Assembly (NCBI GenBank): GCA_031546905.1
Contig: JAVBJQ010000006.1
Location: 94,673-158,672 of the forward strand
DNA: 64,000 nt
Source: Eubacteriales bacterium
GTDB taxonomy: Bacteria; Bacillota; Clostridia; Lachnospirales; JAVBJQ01
Direction: 5' to 3'
The position numbers were made by a program, and so were the translations under genes. Of this stretch, positions 1 through 9,469 are shown in pieces (position 1 is the stretch's first letter; the number at the start of each line of letters is the position of its first letter). Below the pieces are notes generated by a model. That model was not told the DNA's origin. It searched no databases and saw only the letters and a program-made list of their open reading frames with translations.

Positions 1-1235
1 ACCAAGCACTTCTCAACATTACCTTACTGCAAAGTATGCTTCAAGATTACATTCATATTGTACAAAATATAAAAAAAATAGATACGGCATATGCACTGCA
101 AGACGCAGAAAATAAAATACAAAAAAATATAGATACACTAAAGGCATATAAGAACCACCTAATGGCTTTGAAATCAAAAATAATCCAAGGAAATGCAGAC
201 ATACAAAGTACCCTTAAAAATATAAATAATGATAATGTTAAGTTGCTTTCTGGGATGAAAAAAATAAAAGAAGATTATAATGATACCGTTTCGCCCTACT
301 TAAAAACAAATTTAGAAAGATTAGTTGTTGTCAATCATGATATTTCTTCCCTAATGCTAGATACAAAAGATGGACTTAATCATTTTAAAGATTTTTTAGA
401 GGTAGGAAATGAAAATACTAATTTTTTGTTTGAGAATGTAAATGAAGTAAATAAAAAATTACCAGAGATACAAGATTCAATTCACAAATTGGCACAGTTA
501 TTAAATCAATTTGATACTAAATATGATTTAAATGCTATTATTTCCATGTTAACTCAATCTTCTAATATAGAGGGAGATACAGCCAAGTTTGTAGACTTAA
601 AAAAAAATGCCGTATTCCCATTACCAAACTATGGCTCAGCAATGTCACCGTTTTTTACTACGCTGTCACTGTGGGTGGGGTCATTATTTTTGGTTTCCCT
701 CCTGAGTATAAAAGTCAAGGGAGAATATAAGACCTATGAAAAGTTTTTAGGAAAATATTTATTTTTTGGAACCGTCGCTGTTCTTCAAGGGCTTATGGTT
801 ACTTTGGGTGATGTTTATGTGCTAAAAACATTTGTAAGTAATATTCCTTTATTTGTCTTGGTGGGCGTCTTAGAAAGCATTGTGTTCTCCATGATGGTGT
901 ATACATTAGCTTCTTTGTTTGACAACGTGGGAAAAGCCATAGGGGTTGTGCTTCTTGTGTTACAACTTTCGGCATCAGGGGGTACTTTCCCCATTGAAGT
1001 AACGTCTCCTTTCTTTAAAAGTGTGAATCCGTTTTTACCTTTTACCTATGCCATTGGCGCAATGCGTGAAACGGTAGGCGGTATTGTGTGGGATAATTTT
1101 TATCGAAATGTTGCTATCTTGGCTTGTTATTTTATGGTGAGTTGTTTCATAGCATTAAAATTAAAAGAGCCAATTAATAAACTAGGCGCAGGATTTGCTA
1201 AAAAGTTTCAGGAAAGTCACTTGTCAGAACATTAA
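1..1235 (+). CDS. YhgE/Pip-domain membrane protein, C-terminal part (5' end lies outside the window)
   Basis: The frame of ORF 36..1235 stays open back to base 1. An Asn/Lys-rich coiled-coil-like region is followed by a block of TM helices and the SASGGTFPIE...FTYAIGAMRE signature typical of YhgE/Pip proteins. Confidence 0.7.
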   Translation, partial: QALLNITLLQSMLQDYIHIVQNIKKIDTAYALQDAENKIQKNIDTLKAYKNHLMALKSKIIQGNADIQSTLKNINNDNVKLLSGMKKIKEDYNDTVSPYLKTNLERLVVVNHDISSLMLDTKDGLNHFKDFLEVGNENTNFLFENVNEVNKKLPEIQDSIHKLAQLLNQFDTKYDLNAIISMLTQSSNIEGDTAKFVDLKKNAVFPLPNYGSAMSPFFTTLSLWVGSLFLVSLLSIKVKGEYKTYEKFLGKYLFFGTVAVLQGLMVTLGDVYVLKTFVSNIPLFVLVGVLESIVFSMMVYTLASLFDNVGKAIGVVLLVLQLSASGGTFPIEVTSPFFKSVNPFLPFTYAIGAMRETVGGIVWDNFYRNVAILACYFMVSCFIALKLKEPINKLGAGFAKKFQESHLSEH

Positions 1236-1300
1236 TTGAAAATATTTTTACATCGTCCTTCATCAGAAGACGTACCCAACAAGTTTTTATATAAGTTACA

Positions 1301-1350
1301 ATAACACACCCCTTTGCTATCGCATATTTTATAGCAAAGGGGTGTGTTAT
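1301..1350 (+). terminator. 20-bp perfect hairpin after the yhgE-like gene
   Basis: Arms 1301-1320 (ATAACACACCCCTTTGCTAT) and 1331-1350 are exact reverse complements with a 10-nt loop. The right arm contains the AAAGGGG Shine-Dalgarno and the first bases of the ATG at 1349. Confidence 0.55.
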
Positions 1351-2044
1351 GATGGCAATGAAGTATGAAATTAAAGTTGTTCAAAAGGAAATAAAAAAAG
1401 AAATGATGTATAAGGACAGTGTGGTGCTAACTTATAAGATTCAGTACCCACAGTTTGATTCCCGTTCATTTCAGCGAATGTTAGTGGCATTAAATTATTA
1501 CTATGAAGAAAAAGCAAAGGCATTTCAAACGTATTGCGAAAAAAATTTATTTTGGCAGGCCGTAGAAGATTATCAGTACGCCATAAAAAATCAATTTCCT
1601 GTCCATCAATATGAAGCTTTACTGGTTTACACCGTCACGTATCATCAAAACTGTGCATTAAGTTTATATTTTGATCAATATGAATATACGGGTGGTGCCC
1701 ATGGGAATACGGTAAGAAGTTCTGACACATGGAACCTGAACCAAGGGAGAAAATATGAACTGAGAGATTTCTTTCCGTATTATAAAGACTATAAAAAAAA
1801 TATATTAAAAAATATAAATGAACAAATAGGGAAACAAATTGCAGAGGAAACAAAGCCGTATTTTAATGAGTATAACAAACTTACAGCGGATCATTTCAAT
1901 GCCAGCAATTTTTATATCACAACGGAAGGCGTTGTTATTTATTATCAGCAATACGACGTGGCTCCTTATGTAAGTGGAATTGTAGAATTTATGTTTCCTT
2001 ATGAAAAAGGGAAAGTGGTGCCACCAGTATGTAGGTTGGTCTAA
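1349..2044 (+). CDS. DUF3298/DUF4163-type (RsiV/PdaC-like) protein
   Basis: 231 aa with the YTGGAHGN motif and the overall pattern of DUF3298 proteins. The start may be 1349, 1352 or 1358. Confidence 0.55.
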   Translation: MMAMKYEIKVVQKEIKKEMMYKDSVVLTYKIQYPQFDSRSFQRMLVALNYYYEEKAKAFQTYCEKNLFWQAVEDYQYAIKNQFPVHQYEALLVYTVTYHQNCALSLYFDQYEYTGGAHGNTVRSSDTWNLNQGRKYELRDFFPYYKDYKKNILKNINEQIGKQIAEETKPYFNEYNKLTADHFNASNFYITTEGVVIYYQQYDVAPYVSGIVEFMFPYEKGKVVPPVCRLV

Positions 2045-2125
2045 TTTTTACTATAAAAAAATAAATTTTTAATGTAAAGGGATAAGTTAATTATCAGCAA
2101 AATAGTTACACAACGCATATATAAA

Positions 2126-2143
2126 TTGTGAATACGTTGACAA
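2126..2143 (+). promoter_or_regulatory. Rex (redox-sensing repressor) operator candidate upstream of adhE
   Basis: TTGTGAATACGTTGACAA differs at one position from the TTGTGAA-N4-TTCACAA Rex consensus. It overlaps a TTGACA -35-like hexamer about 200 nt upstream of adhE. Confidence 0.5.
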
Positions 2144-2204
2144 TTATGTTAATTTTTTAATTATTAAATTTTAAATGAAGTAAAAAGAATTATAAAATTG
2201 TATA

Positions 2205-2263
2205 TTTTATTAGTTTAAATGCCTAAAAAAACGCTGTTTTTTTAGGCATTTAAACTAATAAAA
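2205..2263. terminator. 27-bp perfect AT-rich hairpin (bidirectional terminator-like) between the DUF3298 gene and adhE
   Basis: 2205-2231 pairs without mismatch with 2237-2263, and the loop is CGCTG. A-run and T-run are built into the stem. Confidence 0.55.
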
Positions 2264-2346
2264 ACCATGTTCTGTCATTGAATTTATCAAATAGTATGTT
2301 ATAATATTATCAATCAATACAATAATTGATTAAAGGAGAGATTCAC

Positions 2347-4950
2347 ATGAGTAACACAAATGAACTAATTGACAGCATGGAAAAACTTCGCGCAGGCTTT
2401 AATTGCTTACGGGAAGCACAAAAGATTTTTGCAACGTATACCCAAGAACAAGTAGATAAAATTTTCTTTGCAGCAGCCATGGCTGCCAACAAAGCTCGTA
2501 TCCCCCTTGCAAAACAAGCTGTTGCTGAAACAGGCATGGGCATAGTAGAAGATAAAGTAATAAAAAATCATTATGCTTCAGAATATATTTATCACGCATA
2601 TAAAAATACAAAGACCTGTGGTGTAATTGAAGAAGACAAGGCTTCTGGCATCATGAAAATAGCAGAGCCAATTGGTGTGATTTCAGCTGTTATTCCCACT
2701 ACAAATCCTACTTCTACAGCAATTTTTAAATGTCTTTTGGCACTAAAAACACGAAATGCCATTATCATCAGCCCTCACCCAAGAGCAAAGCAAAGTACCA
2801 TTGCAGCTGCAAAAATTGTATTGGACGCTGCCGTAACAGCTGGTGCTCCAGAAGGTATTATTGGTTGGATTGATGTGCCTACTTTAGAGTTAAGCAATTA
2901 TGCCATGACAGAAGCGGACATCATACTGGCTACTGGTGGTCCAAACATGGTGCGTGCTGCTTATTCTTCTGGCAAGCCAGCTATTGGGGTAGGTGCAGGC
3001 AACACACCTGTGATTATTGATGAATCGGCTCATGTAAAAATGACCGTAAGCTCTATTATTCATTCTAAAACATTTGACAATGGTATGATTTGTGCTTCTG
3101 AGCAGTCAGTTATTGTGCTAGATAAAATTTATGATGATGTACGGAAAGAATTTATAGAAAAAAATTGTTATGTATTAAATAAAGAAGAAACAGAAAAAGT
3201 TAGAAAGACCATTCTTATCAATGGTGTTCTCAATGCAAAAATTGTAGGACAATCTGCTTATACAATTGCTGCTTTAGCAGGTGTTGTAGTGCCAAAAGAA
3301 ACAAAAATTATTATTGGGGAAGTAGAAAGTGTAGAACTCACAGAAGAATTTGCCCACGAAAAATTATCTCCTGTTTTGGCCATGTATCGTGCCAAAACTT
3401 TTGAAGAAGCACTAGACAAAGCCGACCGTCTTGTATCCGATGGGGGAATTGGGCATACAGCGGCTATTTATATAGATGAAAATTTACAACGTGAAAAAAT
3501 AAATGCCTTTTCAGCTAGGATGAAGGCTTGTAGAATTTTAGTAAACACGCCGTCAGCACACGGGGGCATTGGTGATTTATATAACTTTAAATTGGCACCT
3601 TCTTTAACGCTAGGTTGTGGAAGTTGGGGCGGTAACTCAGTATCTGACAATGTGGGGGTAAAGCACTTGATAAATGTAAAAACAGTAGCCGAACGCCGTG
3701 AAAATATGCTTTGGTTTCGCACACCACAAAAAATATACTTTAAAAAGGGCTGTATGGAACTTGCACTTGATGAACTTGGCACTGTGATGAAAAAACAAAA
3801 AGCATTTATCGTTACAGATACTTTTCTTTATCAAAGTGGTAGCACAAAGGGCATTGAAAAGAAATTAGATGAAATGGGAATTACCCACACTTGTTTTTAT
3901 AACGTAGAGCCAGATCCTACCATTGCTTGTGCAAAAGAGGGTGCAGCCGCCATGGCTTCATTTAATCCTGATGTTATTATTGCTTTTGGCGGTGGTTCTG
4001 CTATGGATGCTGCTAAAATTATGTGGGTATTGTACGAACACCCAGAAGTAAACTTCCTTGATATGGCAATGCGTTTTATGGATATTCGAAAGCGAGTTTA
4101 TCCTTTCCCTAAGATGGGGGAAAAAGCATATTTTATTGCCATACCAACAACAGCAGGTACAGGCTCAGAAGTAACACCATTTGCCGTAATAACCGATGGA
4201 GAAACAGGTGTTAAATATCCTTTGGCTGATTATGAATTATTACCCAATATGGCAATTGTTGATACAGATAATATGATGAAACAACCAAAAGGCTTAACCA
4301 GTGCTTCTGGTATTGATGCACTAACCCATGCTTTGGAGGCATATGCTTCTGTTTTGGCTTCTAGTTATACAGACGGGCTTGCATTAAAAGCAATGAAGTT
4401 AATATTTAACTACCTTCCAGATGCGTATGAAAAAGGGGAACATGACCTTATTGCAAGAGAAAAAATGGCGGATGCTGCTACTATGGCAGGCATGGCTTTT
4501 GCCAATGCGTTTTTAGGAATTTGTCACTCTATGGCACACAAACTAGGTGCGTTTCATCATTTGCCACATGGAGTTGCCAATGCGTTGCTTATTGGGCACG
4601 TCATTCGTTTTAATGCTACTGATGTACCAACCAAAATGGGTAGTTTTTCTCAATATCAATATCCTCATGCAATAGAGCGATATGTAGAATGTGCTAACTT
4701 TTGTGGTATCGTTGGAAAAAATGATATGGATACAGTGGAAAAATTTATTCAAGCCATTGATGAATTAAAAGCAAAAGTAGGAATTAAAAGTACCATTAAA
4801 GAATATGGCATAACAGAGGAAGCATTTTATGCTACATTGGATGAAATGGTAGAACAAGCTTTTGATGACCAATGCACAGGTGCAAATCCTCGATATCCAT
4901 TGATGAGTGAAATAAAGGAGTTATATCAGTTAGCTTATAATGGTATGTAA
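2347..4950 (+). CDS. adhE: bifunctional acetaldehyde-CoA / alcohol dehydrogenase
   Basis: About 867 aa, with an N-terminal aldehyde dehydrogenase and a C-terminal iron-type alcohol dehydrogenase (GGGSAMDAAK...). The AAAGGAGAG RBS sits 7 nt before the ATG at 2347, so the TTG at 2326 in the ORF track is unlikely. Confidence 0.95.
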   Translation: MSNTNELIDSMEKLRAGFNCLREAQKIFATYTQEQVDKIFFAAAMAANKARIPLAKQAVAETGMGIVEDKVIKNHYASEYIYHAYKNTKTCGVIEEDKASGIMKIAEPIGVISAVIPTTNPTSTAIFKCLLALKTRNAIIISPHPRAKQSTIAAAKIVLDAAVTAGAPEGIIGWIDVPTLELSNYAMTEADIILATGGPNMVRAAYSSGKPAIGVGAGNTPVIIDESAHVKMTVSSIIHSKTFDNGMICASEQSVIVLDKIYDDVRKEFIEKNCYVLNKEETEKVRKTILINGVLNAKIVGQSAYTIAALAGVVVPKETKIIIGEVESVELTEEFAHEKLSPVLAMYRAKTFEEALDKADRLVSDGGIGHTAAIYIDENLQREKINAFSARMKACRILVNTPSAHGGIGDLYNFKLAPSLTLGCGSWGGNSVSDNVGVKHLINVKTVAERRENMLWFRTPQKIYFKKGCMELALDELGTVMKKQKAFIVTDTFLYQSGSTKGIEKKLDEMGITHTCFYNVEPDPTIACAKEGAAAMASFNPDVIIAFGGGSAMDAAKIMWVLYEHPEVNFLDMAMRFMDIRKRVYPFPKMGEKAYFIAIPTTAGTGSEVTPFAVITDGETGVKYPLADYELLPNMAIVDTDNMMKQPKGLTSASGIDALTHALEAYASVLASSYTDGLALKAMKLIFNYLPDAYEKGEHDLIAREKMADAATMAGMAFANAFLGICHSMAHKLGAFHHLPHGVANALLIGHVIRFNATDVPTKMGSFSQYQYPHAIERYVECANFCGIVGKNDMDTVEKFIQAIDELKAKVGIKSTIKEYGITEEAFYATLDEMVEQAFDDQCTGANPRYPLMSEIKELYQLAYNGM

Positions 4951-4965
4951 AGGGAGGGTATGTGT

Positions 4966-5715
4966 ATGAATTTAGAAAATAAAATTGCCAAACGGATTAA
5001 TAAAGATATTTATAGGGACGGAAACAATGTTATTAAATTATTTAGCGAAACATATGCAAAGAGCGATGTGCTAAATGAAGCACTAAACCAAGCAAGAGCA
5101 GAAGAAGCTGGTATTGCGGTTCCTCAGTTACTGGAAGTGGCAAAAATAAATAACAGATGGGCCATTGTAAGCAAATATGTAGAGGGGGAAACCTTAGCTC
5201 ATTTTATAAAGCAAGACCCTGAAAAAACAAAACAATATCTGGAACGATTTGTGGATATTCAACTGGATATGCACAGCAAAAAAGCACCCATGCTCTGCAA
5301 TCATACGGATAAAATGAAAAGAAAAATAGAGCAAACAGATTTGGATGCCGCTACCCGATATGACCTACACTCTAGATTAAGGGCAATGCCAAAGCATAAC
5401 AAAGTTTGCCATGGAGATTTTAACCCCAGTAATATTGTCATTACACCAGAGGATAAAGCTTATATTTTAGATTGGTCACATGCCACCCAAGGAAATGCTT
5501 CTGCTGATGCCGCACGGACGTATCTTTTGCTTACATTAGAAGGCAATACAGAATTGGCAGATCAATACCTACATTTATTTTGTAAAAAAAGTCGCACTGC
5601 TATTCCTTACGTACAAAGTTGGTTACCCATTGTAGCTGCTTCTCAATCCGTAAAATGTAAACCAGAAGAAAAAGAAATTCTTTCTCATTGGATTGATGTT
5701 GCGGATTACGAATAA
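4966..5715 (+). CDS. APH / choline-kinase-fold putative protein kinase
   Basis: Brenner-type motif HGDFNPSNIVI followed by ILDWSHA. About 250 aa, immediately after adhE. The GGGAGGG RBS favours the ATG at 4966. Confidence 0.65.
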   Translation: MNLENKIAKRINKDIYRDGNNVIKLFSETYAKSDVLNEALNQARAEEAGIAVPQLLEVAKINNRWAIVSKYVEGETLAHFIKQDPEKTKQYLERFVDIQLDMHSKKAPMLCNHTDKMKRKIEQTDLDAATRYDLHSRLRAMPKHNKVCHGDFNPSNIVITPEDKAYILDWSHATQGNASADAARTYLLLTLEGNTELADQYLHLFCKKSRTAIPYVQSWLPIVAASQSVKCKPEEKEILSHWIDVADYE

Positions 5716-5742
5716 TCATAAAAAATAAGGTGGGTAAACATC

Positions 5743-7428
5743 GTGAAAGAATATATTATATCTCACAAGTCAAACTGTAAAAATTGCTATAAATGTATTC
5801 GAAATTGTCCTGTCAAATCCATACGATTTTCAGGAAATCAAGCCAATATTATTGAATCTGAATGTATTTTTTGCGGACAGTGCTACACTGTCTGTCCGCA
5901 AAATGCAAAAGAGATTCATACAGAACTGGAAAACGTAAAAATAGCACTGGCAGAAAACGAAATGGTAATTGCTAGTATTGCTCCTTCTTTTGCGGCTTAT
6001 TATCCTACGGTAACAATGGCTTCTATGAATCAGGTTTTAAAAAAGCTAGGATTTTCTTTTGGGGAAGAAACAGCCTTAGGGGCTACGCTGGTAAAAAAAG
6101 AATATGAGGAGTTAGTAGCAGAGGGAAAACAAAATATAATAATATCTTCTTGTTGTCACTCCATTAATTTATTGTTACAGAAATATTATCCACATATTTT
6201 GCCGTATCTGGCAAAAGTAGTATCCCCTATGCAAGCCCATTGTACCAGTATTAAAAATACATATCCAAATGCCAAGACTGTGTTTATCGGTCCTTGTATT
6301 TCAAAAAAAGGGGAAGCGGATGCTGAGGAAGGTATTACAGATTTTGTTTTGCTTTTTAATGAACTAGACCAATGGATGGCGGAAGAAAATATAATTTTTG
6401 AACCAATGGATGACCTTCCAGAAACAAAGGACAATAGCCGTGCAAGATTTTTCCCTAGTAGCGGTGGTATTCTGAAAACAATGGAGAAGGAAAATAGTGA
6501 TTATACTTATTTAAGTGTAGATGGAATGGATAATTGTATAAATGCCATCCATGATATAGAAACTGGAAATTTGTCAAACTGCTTTATTGAAATGTCAGCA
6601 TGTGCAGGAAGTTGTGCAGGCGGGCCTTTAATGCTTGCAAAGAAAAATACAAGCATCCATAATTATATTGCTATTCATCAATATGCTGGCAAAAAAGATT
6701 TTATAGTTGATAGGTTAGACAAACAATTAATGACAAAAGAACATCATTTTTTGGGTACACGAAAAGAAAAACCCGGTAGCACAAAAATTACTCAAATTTT
6801 AGAAATGATGGGTAAAATCCGTCCTGAAGATGAGTTGAACTGTGGTAGTTGTGGATATAGTACGTGCAGAGATAAAGCGATGGCTGTGTATAATGGAAAT
6901 GCCAACTATGCCATGTGTTTGCCATTTTTAAAAGACAAAGCAGAATCTTTTTCTGACAATATTATTCGCAATACACCCAATGGAATTATGGTGCTTAATA
7001 AGTCGCTGGAAGTAGAACAAATTAATGAGGCGGCTTTAAGAATTATGAATATTCAAAAGGAAAGCTATGTTTTGGGTGAATCGGTGGTACGTATATTGGA
7101 TCCAAGTATTTTTTTTGATGTACTGGAAACAGGGATGGATGTTCATAATAAATTAGTGTATTTAACGGAGTATGAAAAATATGTAGAGCAAACGGTGGTG
7201 TATGACAAAAGTTATCACTTACTTATTTGCATTATGCGAGATGTAACAAAAGAGGAAAAAGCCCGAGAAAAAAAAGAAATATTAAGTCGAAAAACAATTG
7301 AAACTGCCAATCAAGTAGTAGAAAAACAAATGAGGGTGGTACAAGAAATAGCTTCTTTATTAGGGGAAACAACGGCCGATACAAGTATTGCTTTGACAAG
7401 ACTAAAGGAGTTGTTTCGAGATGAATAA
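5743..7428 (+). CDS. sensory-type [FeFe]-hydrogenase-like protein with C-terminal PAS region (HydS/HfsB-like)
   Basis: Two CxxCxxCxxxCP ferredoxin motifs. H-cluster motifs are present in variant form: SSCCHS (C137/C138), GPCISKKGE (C185) and EMSACAGSCAGGP (C287/C291). There is also a Cx2Cx4Cx16C motif (CGSCGYSTC...C) and a PAS-like C-terminus. GTG start with an AAGGTGGG RBS. Confidence 0.8.
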   Translation: MKEYIISHKSNCKNCYKCIRNCPVKSIRFSGNQANIIESECIFCGQCYTVCPQNAKEIHTELENVKIALAENEMVIASIAPSFAAYYPTVTMASMNQVLKKLGFSFGEETALGATLVKKEYEELVAEGKQNIIISSCCHSINLLLQKYYPHILPYLAKVVSPMQAHCTSIKNTYPNAKTVFIGPCISKKGEADAEEGITDFVLLFNELDQWMAEENIIFEPMDDLPETKDNSRARFFPSSGGILKTMEKENSDYTYLSVDGMDNCINAIHDIETGNLSNCFIEMSACAGSCAGGPLMLAKKNTSIHNYIAIHQYAGKKDFIVDRLDKQLMTKEHHFLGTRKEKPGSTKITQILEMMGKIRPEDELNCGSCGYSTCRDKAMAVYNGNANYAMCLPFLKDKAESFSDNIIRNTPNGIMVLNKSLEVEQINEAALRIMNIQKESYVLGESVVRILDPSIFFDVLETGMDVHNKLVYLTEYEKYVEQTVVYDKSYHLLICIMRDVTKEEKAREKKEILSRKTIETANQVVEKQMRVVQEIASLLGETTADTSIALTRLKELFRDE

Positions 7429-8596
7429 TCTTTGTTTAGAAATTGGTTACAATAGCTTAAATAAATTTGGGGAAAAAATTTGTGGAGACCAAGTGTCGAT
7501 TGTAGAAAAGGACGCTAGTGATTTTGTAATGGTTTTAGCAGATGGCTTAGGCAGTGGGGTAAAAGCAGGAATCTTGTCTACCCTTACTTCTAAAATTATA
7601 TCTACCATGATTGCTCAGTCCATGAGCATCGAGGAGTGCGCATCTACCATTGCAGCAACGTTGCCAGTATGTTCTGTGCGTAAAATTGCCTATTCTACCT
7701 TTACCATTATTCATATTATCAACAATGAAGAAGCAGAGATTATACAGTACGACAATCCCCATGTAATACTGCTACGAAATGGAAAAAGTATTCACTATGC
7801 CAAAACAGTCATGAAAATAGAAGAAAAAGATATTTATATTTCTCGGATGCGCCTACAAGAACATGATATTTTTGTGGCCATGAGTGATGGCGTTCCCCAT
7901 GCTGGTGTGGGCGGAATTTATAATTTTGGATGGCAACGAGAAGATATAGCCAAGTATTTAGAAAAAATACATACATTAGGTTTTACGGATGCGAAAATAA
8001 TGACCACCATGTTATTGGAAGAATGTAATAAGCTATACAAAGAACAGCCCGGGGACGATGCCACTGTTTGTACCATGCGTATCCGTAAGCGGGAGCCTGT
8101 CAATTTACTTATTGGACCATCGGGAAGTGGTCAGGATATTACAAAAATGATGTCCTTATTTTTTTCAAAACCAGGGAAACATATTATTTGTGGTGGTACA
8201 ACATCTAGGTTAGCAGCAGAATTTTTAGGAAAAGAACTAATGACTACTTCGGAATTTCTTGATCCAGATGTGCCACCTATTGCTACCATAGAAGGGGTTG
8301 ACTTAGTTACAGAAGGGGTCATTACCATGAATAAGGTACTTCAATATGCACAAAATTATTTGGATGACAACAGTATGTATATTGATTGGAAGTTTCAAGA
8401 TGATGGTGCTTCTCGTATTGCCAGACTATTATTTGAAGAGGCAACGGACATTAATTTTTATGTAGGGCGAGCTGTAAATCCCGCCCACCAAAATTCCAAT
8501 ATGGCCATTAGTTTTACTATTAAAATGAATTTAGTGGAGCAACTATCCTTATGTTTGGAGAAAATGCGTAAACGGATTAAGGTGAGTTATTTTTAA
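7421..8596 (+). CDS. PP2C/SpoIIE-family Ser/Thr phosphatase with an unassigned ~170-aa C-terminal domain
   Basis: Motifs VLADGLGSGVKAG, AMSDGV and GDDATV. The start overlaps the hydS-like stop by 8 nt. Confidence 0.75.
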   Translation: MNNLCLEIGYNSLNKFGEKICGDQVSIVEKDASDFVMVLADGLGSGVKAGILSTLTSKIISTMIAQSMSIEECASTIAATLPVCSVRKIAYSTFTIIHIINNEEAEIIQYDNPHVILLRNGKSIHYAKTVMKIEEKDIYISRMRLQEHDIFVAMSDGVPHAGVGGIYNFGWQREDIAKYLEKIHTLGFTDAKIMTTMLLEECNKLYKEQPGDDATVCTMRIRKREPVNLLIGPSGSGQDITKMMSLFFSKPGKHIICGGTTSRLAAEFLGKELMTTSEFLDPDVPPIATIEGVDLVTEGVITMNKVLQYAQNYLDDNSMYIDWKFQDDGASRIARLLFEEATDINFYVGRAVNPAHQNSNMAISFTIKMNLVEQLSLCLEKMRKRIKVSYF

Positions 8597-8610
8597 GAAG
8601 CGTATTTAAA

Positions 8611-8661
8611 TCATAAAAAAAGTTATGCAGATAATGGTGATCTGCATAACTTTTTTTATGA
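8611..8661. terminator. bidirectional intrinsic terminator between convergent operons
   Basis: 21-nt arms (TCATAAAAAAAGTTATGCAGA and its exact reverse complement) with a 9-nt loop. An A-run precedes and a T-run follows. Confidence 0.75.
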
Positions 8662-9447
8662 TTTAAAATTTTCATAAGACAAATACATGGGCTTATTGGT
8701 TTTTTTATCTTCCACAATTTCCGCATCAATATTATAAATTAGTTTCATATTTTCTTTTGTAATTACTTTTTCCGGGGAGCCTTGGGCTACCACTTGTCCA
8801 TTTTTCATGCCAATCATACAATCTGCAAACCGAGAAGCATTGTTTAACTCGTGTAACACCATTACAATTGTTCTGCCTTGTTTTTTATTTAAGTCTGATA
8901 ACAAGGAAAGTACATCTAATTGATGTGACAAGTCTAAGTATGTGGTTGGCTCATCCAATAACATTAGTTCTGTTTTCTGGCAAAGTGCCATAGAAATCCA
9001 AGCTCGTTGCCTTTGACCGCCAGAAAGTTCTTCTAATAGCTTATCTTTATAATCGTAAATTCCTGCAATATGCAAGGACTCTTCAATAATTTCAAAATCT
9101 TGTTTATTTAAAGCACCAAATCCACGTTTGTGGGGAAACCGACCATAGGCAACCAACTCTGAAACTTTAAGACCAGTAGGAGCTTTTGGAGTTTGTGGCA
9201 GTACAGACATTTGTTTTGCTAGTTCAGCAGAACTAACGGAATAAATATTTTGTTGGTTTACCAATATTTGCCCACTTTGTGGCTTTAAAATACGGGCAAT
9301 GCTTTTTAATAAAGTAGATTTACCACAGCCATTGGCTCCAATAATTACCGTAACTTTTCCTTTGGGAATGGATATGTTCATGTTTTCAATAATGGTTCTA
9401 TCGGAATAACGGACTGTTAGATTTTTTGTAACAATACTATCCATCAA
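8656..9447 (-). CDS. iron-siderophore ABC transporter ATP-binding protein (FepC/FhuC type)
   Basis: Walker A GANGCGKST, signature LSGGQRQR and Walker B LLLDEPT. It is the last gene of the SBP-permease-permease-ATPase operon. Confidence 0.9.
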   Translation of the reverse strand: MMDSIVTKNLTVRYSDRTIIENMNISIPKGKVTVIIGANGCGKSTLLKSIARILKPQSGQILVNQQNIYSVSSAELAKQMSVLPQTPKAPTGLKVSELVAYGRFPHKRGFGALNKQDFEIIEESLHIAGIYDYKDKLLEELSGGQRQRAWISMALCQKTELMLLDEPTTYLDLSHQLDVLSLLSDLNKKQGRTIVMVLHELNNASRFADCMIGMKNGQVVAQGSPEKVITKENMKLIYNIDAEIVEDKKTNKPMYLSYENFKS

Positions 9448-9469
9448 AAATCAACCTCCTGCCAGCGTG

